From a virus (taxonomy: Duplodnaviria; Caudoviricetes): a stretch of DNA of 52,898 nucleotides. The notes under the pieces were generated by a model. It saw only the letters and a list, made by a program, of their open reading frames with translations. It did no database searches and had not been told where the DNA came from. Where the stretch lies: IMG/VR virus record IMGVR_UViG_3300020468_000009, positions 1 to 52,898 of that record. One strand, written 5' to 3'. Numbering within the stretch: the first letter of the stretch is position 1; each line of letters opens with the position of its first letter. Positions 1 through 9,892 of this stretch are shown piece after piece. Made by a program: the position numbers and the translations under genes.

Positions 1-945
1 TTCGATGTCATATAATTCTAAATCTCCACGTTCAACTTGTTCATCGGTTAATTCTACACCATATAAATCTAAATTTCTTTGACGCTCATTATCACGCTCA
101 ACAGTACCATCTTCTATTTCATATTCTTCATACTCAGATTCTGTACCATCATCCATGACTACAACAAATACTTCAGGTTCAGGAGGAGGTGGTGGTATAT
201 ATATCTCTGGCTCTGGTTCAGGTTCAGGAGGTGGAGGTAATGTTGTTGTAGTAGTTGTTGGCTGTATGTATTTAAAGGATATATCATCTACTAAAGTCCA
301 ATCATTTAGTGTCAAAGTAAACTTATCTATAAAAGTATCTAAAGTTGTTCTTATGTTATAAACAATAACTTCATACATTGTTTGAGCTGTTACAAATTGT
401 TGAGCATCAATATTATTTGTTTGAGTTGTTTCATCAGTATGTGTATAAGTTACTTCAGCTTGATTATTCAAAGCTCCAATAGTAAATCCAACTTCATAGA
501 TTTCTATTTCAAGTTCTTCTTCATCAACAGTTGTTGTTTCTGGTAAATCAAATTCATAAGACCCAGAATCTCCATGATGTTGTTGGTACTCAATGTTAAT
601 ACAATAGTCGGTGCAACCATATTGACCAGACCATGTATTGTTATAATCAATATTATTTTCTACTTCGTTACCTTGTATATCTAATTCATCTTGAGGAATA
701 ACCATATCAGTTGCCTGTTCATAAGTTTCAGGAACAGTTGTTGTTGTAGTTGTTGTAGTATCTGTAGATTCTTCTTCTACAGGAGGTGGTCCATCAAATG
801 TTTCTACCTCTTCTACTTCTCCCTCTGGGATAGTTGTTGTTGTTGTTGTCGTAGTTGTATTATCTTGTTCGTTAGCTAACGCTGATAGCGGTAGCAAACT
901 TAAAGATACTACTAACCACCATTGCAGCAGCCGTGTCCACAGCAT
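1..945 (-). CDS. Acidic Thr/Pro-rich secreted protein, divergent allele of 40044..42128 (3' end runs off the window)
   Basis: Hand translation from ATG at 945: MLWTRLLQWWLVVSLSLLPLSALANEQDNTTTTT...DDISFKYIQPTTTTTTLPPPPEPEPEPE; open to position 1 and colinear with the 694-aa ORF; absent from the ORF track. Confidence 0.85.
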   Translation of the reverse strand, partial: MLWTRLLQWWLVVSLSLLPLSALANEQDNTTTTTTTTTIPEGEVEEVETFDGPPPVEEESTDTTTTTTTTVPETYEQATDMVIPQDELDIQGNEVENNIDYNNTWSGQYGCTDYCINIEYQQHHGDSGSYEFDLPETTTVDEEELEIEIYEVGFTIGALNNQAEVTYTHTDETTQTNNIDAQQFVTAQTMYEVIVYNIRTTLDTFIDKFTLTLNDWTLVDDISFKYIQPTTTTTTLPPPPEPEPEPEIYIPPPPPEPEVFVVVMDDGTESEYEEYEIEDGTVERDNERQRNLDLYGVELTDEQVERGDLELYDIE

Positions 946-958
946 TCCATATAACCTC

Positions 959-1144
959 CTACATTAGAGCGTTGACCAACACCACCAATGCAGAACCTGC
1001 AACTAACCAACCGCTTAGTTCTTGTCTTGAAATTTTAGTGTTCACTTTTTCGTGCAGTGAATCTATTCTTTCATTTGTTTTTTCTTGTGTTTCTATAATT
1101 ATGTTTAAAAGTTCTTTGTTTGTATAGCCGTTTCCATTACTCAT
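959..1144 (-). CDS. Small coiled-coil protein with C-terminal TM helix (possible lysis accessory)
   Basis: MSNGNGYTNKELLNIIIETQEK...GWLVAGSALVVLVNALM; start likely 1144 (ATGA overlap with upstream ORF); conserved with synonymous changes in the second copy. Confidence 0.7.
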   Translation of the reverse strand: MSNGNGYTNKELLNIIIETQEKTNERIDSLHEKVNTKISRQELSGWLVAGSALVVLVNALM

Positions 1145-1266
1145 ACAATCCAATCCCAATCATCTTCTGTATAATTGTCTGGTATTTTTGGACTTGCAAA
1201 TCTATCTAGCCAAGCTAGAAACTTACTCATAAAATATCCAAAAAGGAAACCGACAATATAATCCAT
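1141..1266 (-). CDS. 41-aa membrane peptide (not in ORF track)
   Basis: MDYIVGFLFGYFMSKFLAWLDRFASPKIPDNYTEDDWDWIV; frame and length preserved in the divergent allele at 42324..42449; TGCTATAAT lies 6 nt upstream. Confidence 0.75.
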   Translation of the reverse strand: MDYIVGFLFGYFMSKFLAWLDRFASPKIPDNYTEDDWDWIV

Positions 1267-1272
1267 CAAGAG

Positions 1273-1281
1273 ATTATAGCA
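1273..1281 (-). promoter_or_regulatory. Extended -10 promoter (TGCTATAAT), probably leaderless
   Basis: Perfect TGnTATAAT 6 nt before ATG 1266; spacing conserved in the second copy. Confidence 0.6.
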
Positions 1282-1963
1282 TACGCTTCGGTCGTTTCCT
1301 TTTTATACTGTCAAATATCGTACGAATATTTCTATGAAAATTTATACTAGCAGTTGAGTAAGACATATATTTTAGAATATCCTCTGTTGGTTCTATTTCT
1401 TTTAAGTCTATAGGTTTATTAAAAAATATTGTGTTACATGGATTACCTTTTACTAAATTAATTGTTGCAGGTTTATTTATATCGTCCTGTACCCATGCAA
1501 GATTAATTGGTCTTAACCAAGCATAAGGATAGAAAGAACCTATAACAGCAGAACAATTAGTTTTGTCTACATTGTCTAATGGGTTCATTAAAGACATTTC
1601 TAAATCTTTATCATCAGTTACAAATATCATACTTATTGTTTGTTGCAGTACAGCTCTTCCATCATCAGTAGCTCTAACAGATAACATATCACCCATCAAT
1701 GTGTGCATATCATCAGATGTACTATGAACTTTTTCATCTAACATATAGTTGTAATATGGTCCTTCTTTATTTATACCAAATTCTATTTGTACACTTAATA
1801 TTCCAGGCAAAGTAAAAAGTCTATTATTTAATCCACCAATAGATGGACAACCATAAACATTGTTATTTATTTTCTTTAACTCTTGTTGTAATGAGGGATG
1901 CATAAAATCGTTAGGTATATAAAAATATCCTGCTTTAGTTTTTTTTAATTTAGGATACACCAT
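1274..1963 (-). CDS. DUF6065-like protein, paralog 4 (most divergent)
   Basis: YGCPSI and LVKGNPCNTIFF motifs parallel the CP/CLPF and KGTPL motifs of the neighbouring paralogs. Confidence 0.6.
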   Translation of the reverse strand: MVYPKLKKTKAGYFYIPNDFMHPSLQQELKKINNNVYGCPSIGGLNNRLFTLPGILSVQIEFGINKEGPYYNYMLDEKVHSTSDDMHTLMGDMLSVRATDDGRAVLQQTISMIFVTDDKDLEMSLMNPLDNVDKTNCSAVIGSFYPYAWLRPINLAWVQDDINKPATINLVKGNPCNTIFFNKPIDLKEIEPTEDILKYMSYSTASINFHRNIRTIFDSIKRKRPKRML

Positions 1964-2682
1964 TACTTAAATCTTTTCTTAGACCAACTTGTATCACGAT
2001 AATGATTTTGCATAGTAGCATTAAAACCATTTTCAGCTAAAACATCTAGCTCACCATCTTGTAGATACTCTGTCTCCATAGACCAGGACTCTCTTTGAAA
2101 TGGTATTATCTGTGCTAAAGGTGTCCCTTTAGTTATAATGCCTGTAAAATCTTCTTTTAACCACATAGGAAAATGAAAGTTTAATACTTCTTTATCTGTA
2201 TCTACTATGGCAGGTATCATTCTAAGAGGTGTATCATGCCAACCAAAAGGTTGTGTAATTAAACAACTGTAACCTTTAGGTGTTTTAATTATTGTATTCC
2301 AAATGTAATTAACAACTTGACTATTGTATCCAGTAGGTGGTTCTATTATATTTGTACTTGTGTTGTGTATTGTAAATAACAGCTCATCACTATTCCACTG
2401 CAAATCAAATACATTGTCTTTGTTGTGTTGAACAATCATATCTTTACGTAGCTCTACAATATAACCTGCTTTCATAGTATCAATGAAAGGTAAACACTTT
2501 TTAAATGTCATGTTCTTTCCTTCATCTGTCATCATAAGTTTTTTATCAGGTGTTCCATCACTCATATAAACAGGTGACATAGAATACCAAGATGGCTTAT
2601 AGAGATAAGCAGGTTTAGGTGCAGGTTGTATTTTAGAATATCGTTTATTTATAGCTACAAATTTAATCTTTTTGTTTAGCAT
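1963..2682 (-). CDS. DUF6065-like protein, paralog 3
   Basis: KKCLPFIDTMKAGY, TPKGYSCLITQPF, IVDTD, KGTPLAQIIPFQRE; start probably MLNKKIKF at 2682 rather than 2727. Confidence 0.7.
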   Translation of the reverse strand: MLNKKIKFVAINKRYSKIQPAPKPAYLYKPSWYSMSPVYMSDGTPDKKLMMTDEGKNMTFKKCLPFIDTMKAGYIVELRKDMIVQHNKDNVFDLQWNSDELLFTIHNTSTNIIEPPTGYNSQVVNYIWNTIIKTPKGYSCLITQPFGWHDTPLRMIPAIVDTDKEVLNFHFPMWLKEDFTGIITKGTPLAQIIPFQRESWSMETEYLQDGELDVLAENGFNATMQNHYRDTSWSKKRFK

Positions 2683-3385
2683 TACGCTTCCTAAACAGTT
2701 TCCTATATCCATTTTTAAATGAACCAAGATTATTTACATAGCCTCTGGCGGAAAGTTCTTCATCCCATTCTTGTAAAACTAAATTATACTCTTCTCTTTT
2801 ATAAGGAACTATATAACATAATGGTGTGCCTTGTGCAATAAATACATCTTTTACACCATTCTTTAACATAATTTGTGGATTAATTAAATGATATTGGTCA
2901 GTGTGTATTATTCCATAAGCCACTTCCCAATCAGGATTGTTGTGCCATAACATTGGTATCTGCATTATTGAGTATCCATCAGGAGTAATACACTCCCAAG
3001 TGTTATCTAATTTAAAAACAAAATCAAAATTAGAATCTCCATAATCAAGAAATTGGTCACGACTATGTATTACTATTTCTATTCCAGGTATTCCTGTTTC
3101 AAATCTCCAGTCACCATTATCTTTGTTATACATTAATTGTAAATCACATGGTGCAGGTATTACATATCCAGTATTAAAAACATCTACAAAAGATGGGCAT
3201 AACTTTGCTGTTCTTGTTTCACTGTTAGGACCAGTATGTTTGTAAGGGTCTAATGGATTATGTTCTATATCTGCAGCAGCAGGTGTATTTTTCCATATCT
3301 CAGGTATAAAATTTTTAGCAGGTTGTACAGTTACTTCTGAATTAAGTAATCCTTTTATAGGTGTTTGAAACTTTACATCTATCAT
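2663..3385 (-). CDS. DUF6065-like protein, paralog 2
   Basis: TAKLCPSFVDVFNTGYVIPAPCD, TPDGYS, GIIHTD, QGTPLCYIVPYKRE. Confidence 0.7.
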   Translation of the reverse strand: MIDVKFQTPIKGLLNSEVTVQPAKNFIPEIWKNTPAAADIEHNPLDPYKHTGPNSETRTAKLCPSFVDVFNTGYVIPAPCDLQLMYNKDNGDWRFETGIPGIEIVIHSRDQFLDYGDSNFDFVFKLDNTWECITPDGYSIMQIPMLWHNNPDWEVAYGIIHTDQYHLINPQIMLKNGVKDVFIAQGTPLCYIVPYKREEYNLVLQEWDEELSARGYVNNLGSFKNGYRKLFRKRNAKQKD

Positions 3386-4074
3386 TTGTTAAATCTTCTA
3401 TAACCATTTTTAAATTTAGATAATGCTCTATGCATACTGCCTTCTATCTGTGGTTTATACTTATCATAGTTATTATCTATGACTAATTCATAATCTTCTC
3501 TTTTAAATGGAACATAATAACATAAAGGTTCACCTGCTTTAATAAGTATTTCTTTCTTGTTACTTGTATAGCAAATTTGTAAATTAACTTCATTTACTAC
3601 ATCTGCTTTTAGAACACCATAAGCTACATGCCAATCAGGATTGTATTCATAAAACAGTGGTAATTGTCTTACACTATAACCTTTAGGAACAATTATTCTG
3701 TAAGGATAATTTAATTTAAATATTTGTTTTATTACAGGGTTAGGTAAAAAATTATTAAGCTGTCCTTGTCCATGCATTGATATATCAAAGGCTTCATTAG
3801 ATGTTTTCCAAGCCCAATCATTTACACCATCACCATCAACACTTAACCATATATCACAAGGTGCAGGTAAAACAAACCCTTCTGTAAATATATCTAAGAA
3901 GTTAGGACATAACTTTGCTGTTCTAAAGTTAGGTATTTCTGTGTAATTTGTTTCATACTCTACATCTGAAGGCATATTTTTATACCATTCAGGGATATAA
4001 TTTTTTGCAGGTTGTGGTTGAAATTCTTTTATGTCTCTGTGTCCAATCACATCAGAAGTAAATATTATTTTCAT
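3382..4074 (-). CDS. DUF6065-like protein, paralog 1
   Basis: TAKLCPNFLDIFTEGFVLPAPCD, VPKGYS, KAGEPLCYYVPFKRE; clearly paralogous to 2663..3385. Confidence 0.7.
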   Translation of the reverse strand: MKIIFTSDVIGHRDIKEFQPQPAKNYIPEWYKNMPSDVEYETNYTEIPNFRTAKLCPNFLDIFTEGFVLPAPCDIWLSVDGDGVNDWAWKTSNEAFDISMHGQGQLNNFLPNPVIKQIFKLNYPYRIIVPKGYSVRQLPLFYEYNPDWHVAYGVLKADVVNEVNLQICYTSNKKEILIKAGEPLCYYVPFKREDYELVIDNNYDKYKPQIEGSMHRALSKFKNGYRRFNK

Positions 4075-4090
4075 TCTCCACCTATGTTAG

Positions 4091-4588
4091 CTAATCGCCT
4101 AAATCTTGTCCTTGTAATGCATCTTCATCAGCTTGTGTCCATTGAACAAATTCCCAACCTGTTGTATTGTCTGCTTGATATGCTGTTTCATTCCATCTAT
4201 GTAGCCATATTTCATCAGCAGGTTTACTTGTAATATAATCAGGTTGTGCTGCTGCATCATTTGGGTCTATGTCTGCTAATGGATGAGGTAATGGAGCTAC
4301 ATATTCGTTCTTTGTATCATCCCAAGTCCAACTATCAAATGGTTTTGGTTCTTGAAATTTATCAAGAGAGCTATCATAAGTTCCACCAATGTGTGCAAAG
4401 TTACCTCTTATATTGCTGTTATAAGATGTTTGAACCCATGTGCCTTCTAGTTTTAAAACATTAGCTATATAGTCTAAACCAAGTTGTTCTGTATCTGTAC
4501 CTGTAGATTCAGGGTCTGTAATATCATTTGAAATAACAATAACTTGTTCTACTGTATTGTCATCTGCTATTTTTGCAAAGTGTGCCAT
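4091..4588 (-). CDS. Tail-fibre-associated protein (putative fibre chaperone)
   Basis: MAHFAKI..., WVQTSYN..IRGNFA.IG.TYD...D.F..PKPF.SW family that typically follows Gly-rich fibre genes in aquatic phages. Confidence 0.65.
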   Translation of the reverse strand: MAHFAKIADDNTVEQVIVISNDITDPESTGTDTEQLGLDYIANVLKLEGTWVQTSYNSNIRGNFAHIGGTYDSSLDKFQEPKPFDSWTWDDTKNEYVAPLPHPLADIDPNDAAAQPDYITSKPADEIWLHRWNETAYQADNTTGWEFVQWTQADEDALQGQDLGD

Positions 4589-5484
4589 TAGAAAGTAATA
4601 CTTCCTGTCCCATTAAATTGATATATATTATTGCTACCACTTGTTGATGTTATTGGAGAACCAGTAGTTGCTGCTGCTGTAGCTGTAGTGCTTAGGATAA
4701 TTGTTCCTGAACCTCCGCCACCACCGTTAAAAGTTTGTCCATGGTTTCCGTGACCTCCGCCACCTCCGCCACCGCCAAGGTTTCCAGAGCCGCCTCCACC
4801 GCCGCCGCCTTTACCGCCGCCGCCGCCTCCACCAGAGCCACCGCCACCGCCGTGTTGTTCTCCTCCTGCATAGATACGATAGTAAGCACCGCCACCACCG
4901 CCTCCAGCACGAGTTACAGCAGAACCAGTAATTGATGATGAAGCACCTGAGCCACCTGCTCCTCTGTTTTGACCAGAAGCATTGCCACCTGTTGCCCCTG
5001 CTCCACCACCACCAGAGTTACCTCCGCTATTTCCTTCAGCAGGAGAGTAACCTCCAGAGTTTCCTGCTTTGCTTGTGCCACCGCCTGAACCTCCTGTAGC
5101 ATTAGAACCGCCACCACCTGTAGCGTTAATTAAAATATTTCCTGAAGTTGTTTCTGCAATTCGTGAAAACCCACCATTAGCACCAGTTGTTCCGTGACCT
5201 GCACCTGAACCACCACTGCCACCTGCACCAATTGTCATTGTGTATTCAACACCTTGTATAAAACCTACTGTCCCTGTTCGGTATCCACCTCCACCACCGC
5301 CACTAGCAGTAGAGCCTCCTCCTCCACCACCGCCACCTAAGACAAGAAAATCAACTGAAACTTTACCACCCCAGTTGTTATCTTCTGTTAGGTTAGTGAT
5401 GTCATCTAATCCGAACACACCTTGAAGTGCAGCAGTATCATCTGCTACATTTCCTATAAATCCATATTTTTTTCTTTCTACCAT
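4588..5484 (-). CDS. Glycine-rich tail fibre / receptor-binding protein
   Basis: VDFLVLGGGGGGG..GGGGGGYR, SSITGSAVTRAGGGGG, GGGGSGTIIL, YQFNGTGSITF. Confidence 0.75.
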   Translation of the reverse strand: MVERKKYGFIGNVADDTAALQGVFGLDDITNLTEDNNWGGKVSVDFLVLGGGGGGGGSTASGGGGGGYRTGTVGFIQGVEYTMTIGAGGSGGSGAGHGTTGANGGFSRIAETTSGNILINATGGGGSNATGGSGGGTSKAGNSGGYSPAEGNSGGNSGGGGAGATGGNASGQNRGAGGSGASSSITGSAVTRAGGGGGGAYYRIYAGGEQHGGGGGSGGGGGGGKGGGGGGGSGNLGGGGGGGGHGNHGQTFNGGGGGSGTIILSTTATAAATTGSPITSTSGSNNIYQFNGTGSITF

Positions 5485-5503
5485 TTAAAAAAAAACTCCT
5501 TGT

Positions 5504-5830
5504 TTAGACGTCTATTTCAAGAACGCTGAGTGTCATTTCTAAATCTGATGCTGCACCTGCCCAGGACCTAAGTTCATCAGCAGCTTCTAGTACTAGCTTT
5601 CCTCCAATAGGATTTATTGCAGTCTTTGCTGGTACTGATAATGCTGAAACTAGAGCTGAGACAACTGAACCATCATTCATGTCAACGTTTAAATCTGCAG
5701 CATTTGTACCGTCTACGTTAGCAACTTGACAATGAATAACCACTGCGATTTTGCTAGCTGGACAGGTATAAACTACTGCATCTGCACTATTACCTAGTGC
5801 TGTGTTAACTGTTTGAAACGCTTCTGCCAT
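5504..5830 (-). CDS. Small virion structural protein (tail-associated)
   Basis: VYTCPA, QVANVDG, GGKLVLEAADEL family; lies in the tail module; GGAG RBS. Confidence 0.6.
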   Translation of the reverse strand: MAEAFQTVNTALGNSADAVVYTCPASKIAVVIHCQVANVDGTNAADLNVDMNDGSVVSALVSALSVPAKTAINPIGGKLVLEAADELRSWAGAASDLEMTLSVLEIDV

Positions 5831-5856
5831 AATTTATCTCCAATATAATTAATTAA

Positions 5857-6063
5857 TTAACTATCTCCCAATACTATAGCACGACTTTGTGTCGCAGTCA
5901 CGCTTGTTACCGAAAGACTTTCGTAAGTTAATCTGAGGGCTAGGGATATACCTGCTCCTCCTGCTTCATTTAAAGTTAAATCTAAATCTTCATCTAACTT
6001 TGTATTTCCTTTAGCCTCTAAGACTAAATCGCCACCTTCTTTAAGCATCATGAGCATACTCAT
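5857..6063 (-). CDS. Hypothetical protein (tail module)
   Basis: 68-aa ORF tightly packed in the operon with RBS GGAGG. Confidence 0.6.
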   Translation of the reverse strand: MSMLMMLKEGGDLVLEAKGNTKLDEDLDLTLNEAGGAGISLALRLTYESLSVTSVTATQSRAIVLGDS

Positions 6064-6064
6064 A

Positions 6065-6967
6065 TTATCCTCCTAACGCCAAGACCATACCTAATGTTGT
6101 ACCTGCACCTGGGTACAATGTAATCTCACCTTGTCCACCCATTCCTGAGTGTCCACCTGTAGAGCAGTAGTAATATAATTTAGAAGTTGCTCCTGCTATA
6201 CCTAAAGTTTCAGGTGTAATTTCTATTTGATGATAAGCATTAGCACTTCCAGGACTACCACTTGATGTTACATTAGTTGTAAACTCTGAACCTCCACCAT
6301 GAGTACCATCTCTTGTTACAGAAAATTTAAAGTTATGTCCTGATAAAGATGAGTCTGCTAAATCAAATTTGTATTTAAAACCTAATTGAAGTATAAAATT
6401 AGCTGACCTTGTACCTGCACCTGAATCAGTACCTGATAAAAAGTAAAATACATTTTGACTACCTGAGCCATCATCTGCTACTTTTACTGTAATAACAATT
6501 GTCTGTGATGCAGTACCTGCGGTGATACCATCTATCTGTGCTTGAATATTAGAACTTGCATTATCTAGATATTGAAACTCTGTATTACTTATGCTTCCAT
6601 CACCAATAATTGTTGCAGCTATTGCTGAAGGACCAGCATCAATTCTGTCGTGAATATCTTCAAACATTTCTTTTACAACTGCCATACGAACTACAGTTCC
6701 ATCTGCATGTGTAGGGTCAGAAGTATGTCTAGTTTCTACATCTCTAGTAATTGCAGATAAAGTTGTACCTGATGCACCAGTTACTAATATAACTTCTCTG
6801 TTTGATGCACTGTCAGGGTCTAATACTAAATAATATGGTGCTGCTATGTTTGATGTTCCATTTGATGTAGGTGCAGCAGTCAAAGTTGCTGATGAGCTAC
6901 CTGATGCTAATACACCATTTAATGTTGTTTCAAAAAAGTTTGCAAATTTTACTTCTTGTGCAGTCAC
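6065..6967 (-). CDS. Tail fibre/appendage protein with C-terminal cupredoxin-like H...C-x4-H-x2-M motif
   Basis: Ser/Thr/Gly-rich; ITRDVE...HADGTVV attachment-type domain; GHNFKF...LYYYCSTGGHSGMGG. Confidence 0.6.
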   Translation of the reverse strand: MTAQEVKFANFFETTLNGVLASGSSSATLTAAPTSNGTSNIAAPYYLVLDPDSASNREVILVTGASGTTLSAITRDVETRHTSDPTHADGTVVRMAVVKEMFEDIHDRIDAGPSAIAATIIGDGSISNTEFQYLDNASSNIQAQIDGITAGTASQTIVITVKVADDGSGSQNVFYFLSGTDSGAGTRSANFILQLGFKYKFDLADSSLSGHNFKFSVTRDGTHGGGSEFTTNVTSSGSPGSANAYHQIEITPETLGIAGATSKLYYYCSTGGHSGMGGQGEITLYPGAGTTLGMVLALGG

Positions 6968-8902
6968 TTAAGCTCCAAATTTCATAAATCCTAATGCGTT
7001 GATACCAAACACTTCTGCAGAAGTTACATCAGTAACAACATTCTGTCTCGTTCCACGCACTGTAAGTATAGCATATTGAACTACACTTCCTACTTCTGTA
7101 TTAGATTGTACAGGATAGCTTATACTTTCTACAACACCTCTAATAATTTCATTAGGGTCAAAGATTTCAAGGGTAACAGCATCACCTTCTTTATCTCTTA
7201 ATGCATTGTACAAAGTATCTCCTAAACCTTTAACTTTAACTGGTTTTCTATTTGGTCTATTTACTCTGTCTGATATATTTATTGGTATTCTTGCTACAAC
7301 TAATTCTGGTCTTGCTAATGCTCGAAACTGTACAGATTTTACTTTAGGTGTATTAGCAGTATTAGAAGTTTTTAAAGTTATCTTACCTACTAAATATCTT
7401 GATACTTTTTCAATCTGAACTTCGTTGTCACCAGTACCTGTAGTTTGTGTTATAACATTATCAAAAGAACTATCTCCTGAGTTGTTTAATGATTCAAACT
7501 TTGTAGATACATCTATTTCAACACTTGTACCAGCAGTTAACAATTCTGTTGATACTTCTGCACCAACAAACTGTTTATTTTCTGCTGTAAAGAAATCTAC
7601 TGCAGGTAACAATAAAAAACCTTCAGATTCAAATACAGATGTTTGTGCAAATAAACCTGAGCCAGAAACTACAAAAGAAAACTTTTCATTTAATTTACAT
7701 ATTCCTGTAACTAATCCACCTGCTGCAGCTTTATAATATCTAGCAATACCAGCAGAAGGTAAATAGTATCTCCATAAAAAACTTGTTGAAGCAGATTCTT
7801 TTATACCTGTGTAAACAGAGTCTCTTGTTGCATATATTTTTTTTGGTGAAGCATCTATGTTATCAATATCCCATTCTTTTATTAATTGATTTTCTCCAAG
7901 AACATATAAGTCATCTGCTGTTTGTAAATTTGCTCTATATAATCTACCTATTTTTTTTGCTGTAGTTTGGTCTTCTCTAGTTCCATAAAATACAATTCCA
8001 TTTGATTCTGCAATACAAGTAGGAATTTCATTAGTAATTTCTGTTTGTCCTTTTAGTGTAAAAGAGCCAGATACATCTTTAAAAGAATATATTCTTCCAT
8101 CTGTGGCTGTAGCTAATACAACAGCACCAGCATCAACTACATCTGTCCAAGTTTCACCAGATGCTAAAGTAACTAATACTGAACTTACAGTTGTAGCACC
8201 ATCATATTCATAAATGCCTGTACCTGCAGATACTAAAAACTTTCCTTTAACTGACCATATACCATCAAATTGATGTGCTGTTGACTTTTGTGTAGAAGTA
8301 CCTGAAGAATTTAACGTTTCTATTTCTCCTGCAGAAGAACCGTTATTAGCAACCATATACAATAAATCTCCATGTGCAGCCATACCTTTAATTTGTTGAC
8401 CACCAGTAATTCCATGAGATTGTGCTGAATAGGTTTCACCACCATCATCTGATTTATATAATGTTGCATCATCTGAAACGTATATAGTAGTTCCTACTTG
8501 TGCAAGGTAGTTATCAGCATCACTTGATGAAAGACTTCTTAAATTTGTAGTTGTGTTTAGTAATGATATATTGTAAGAATTACCTAAGTCTTTTCCAAAT
8601 ACATCAACACCTGAACTATCCCAGAATCTTATTGTATCTTTTTCTGTACCGTCTCTTCTATGAGCACTATCTAAATTAGAACCACCACTAAAATCATTTC
8701 TTGAAAATACTCTACCTAAGTTTGATGTAAAGTCTTCTGCATTCTGTCTAACATTTACTTGTCCACCTTCAACATCTGAAGATTGAATAGTCATATCTCT
8801 TCCAGGTCCTACAGCAGCTCTTAATAACATATCGTCTAGTTTTATGTCATATCCATATCTTTTTGGATTACTTATGTTTATTGTTGTTGCTACTCTAGGC
8901 AT
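6968..8902 (-). CDS. Putative tail nozzle / tail tubular protein B-like
   Basis: 644 aa, beta-rich, Asp-box-like YKSDDGGETY; position after adaptor and before fibres. Confidence 0.55.
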   Translation of the reverse strand: MPRVATTINISNPKRYGYDIKLDDMLLRAAVGPGRDMTIQSSDVEGGQVNVRQNAEDFTSNLGRVFSRNDFSGGSNLDSAHRRDGTEKDTIRFWDSSGVDVFGKDLGNSYNISLLNTTTNLRSLSSSDADNYLAQVGTTIYVSDDATLYKSDDGGETYSAQSHGITGGQQIKGMAAHGDLLYMVANNGSSAGEIETLNSSGTSTQKSTAHQFDGIWSVKGKFLVSAGTGIYEYDGATTVSSVLVTLASGETWTDVVDAGAVVLATATDGRIYSFKDVSGSFTLKGQTEITNEIPTCIAESNGIVFYGTREDQTTAKKIGRLYRANLQTADDLYVLGENQLIKEWDIDNIDASPKKIYATRDSVYTGIKESASTSFLWRYYLPSAGIARYYKAAAGGLVTGICKLNEKFSFVVSGSGLFAQTSVFESEGFLLLPAVDFFTAENKQFVGAEVSTELLTAGTSVEIDVSTKFESLNNSGDSSFDNVITQTTGTGDNEVQIEKVSRYLVGKITLKTSNTANTPKVKSVQFRALARPELVVARIPINISDRVNRPNRKPVKVKGLGDTLYNALRDKEGDAVTLEIFDPNEIIRGVVESISYPVQSNTEVGSVVQYAILTVRGTRQNVVTDVTSAEVFGINALGFMKFGA

Positions 8903-9884
8903 AAGTAATTTTATTTAAGGCAACTGGTTCTGGATATCTAGCTCTTAAATCTTTCCTTGATTGTTCTATTAAATCACTTTGATATCTTAGTAATGATGTT
9001 CTTATGTTAGCTGCAGAGTTTACTGGAAATGTTGATGTAGCTAATTGGTCAGATATATAATCTGCAGTTGCAGTAGGAATATCACGTCCAGCTATAAGTT
9101 GTGCTGCTACGCCTGCCATAATTATAGGTTCATATTCATTTTCTAATCCTATTGTTGCTAGAGTATCTGCTTCAGCTGTTGGCTCTATAAATTTCTTTTT
9201 AAATGTAACAAAAACTGTATGACCTGATGATACTCCATATACTTGTAAAGCATTTACTTTATTAGGTCCATTATTACTGTATGTTATAGTTTGTGAATTA
9301 CCATCAGAATCTGTATAAGTAAATGGGTTTGGTAAATCAACAAGCTCAACAGCAACACCTTGATATACAATTCCTGTTTCATCAGAACCTGCAGAAAAAT
9401 CTGTCATTTGTGATATAGCACTAATCGGTGCTACTAAATAATTATCATTAGTTCCACCTAAAGGAATATACCCAACTTTAGCTGATACTGATTTAGTTTC
9501 TACTGCAAATAATGTTGGATATAAATTTTTAATTTGGTCACAAACTGCATCAAAAACATTCTTTCTTGGAAAAGGTGGTGCTATTTTAATAATGTCTCCT
9601 GCTGTATGTGCTACTGCAGTAGTTCCTTTTGCACCTCTTTTAACAGTTATAGTATTTGTAACTGAATTTAAATCAGTACATATCATAAGTTCTTGATTTA
9701 TTTCTACTACTGTACCCTTATCTAATGCGTCCTCTTCTTCAATAGATAACATATCTCCATCGAATACAATACTTGAAATTGAATCATTGACACCTGTAGA
9801 CAATGTTGTATAACTTACTAAATCGTCCATAGGTTCTAGATACTCTCTAAAGGTTCTATCTACGAGATTACCAATATTAGCCAT
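8895..9884 (-). CDS. Putative head-tail adaptor / tail tubular protein A-like
   Basis: Position downstream of capsid; helical termini; internal TVKRGAKGTTAVAHTAGD fibre-docking-type domain. Confidence 0.55.
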   Translation of the reverse strand: MANIGNLVDRTFREYLEPMDDLVSYTTLSTGVNDSISSIVFDGDMLSIEEEDALDKGTVVEINQELMICTDLNSVTNTITVKRGAKGTTAVAHTAGDIIKIAPPFPRKNVFDAVCDQIKNLYPTLFAVETKSVSAKVGYIPLGGTNDNYLVAPISAISQMTDFSAGSDETGIVYQGVAVELVDLPNPFTYTDSDGNSQTITYSNNGPNKVNALQVYGVSSGHTVFVTFKKKFIEPTAEADTLATIGLENEYEPIIMAGVAAQLIAGRDIPTATADYISDQLATSTFPVNSAANIRTSLLRYQSDLIEQSRKDLRARYPEPVALNKITYA

Positions 9885-9892
9885 TGGTTCTC

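Noticed and set aside
4700-5340. High-GC island, GCC/CCA microsatellite or diversity-generating retroelement target
   Set aside because: Explained by Gly codons; the second copy is identical, with no adenine-specific variation and no RT gene
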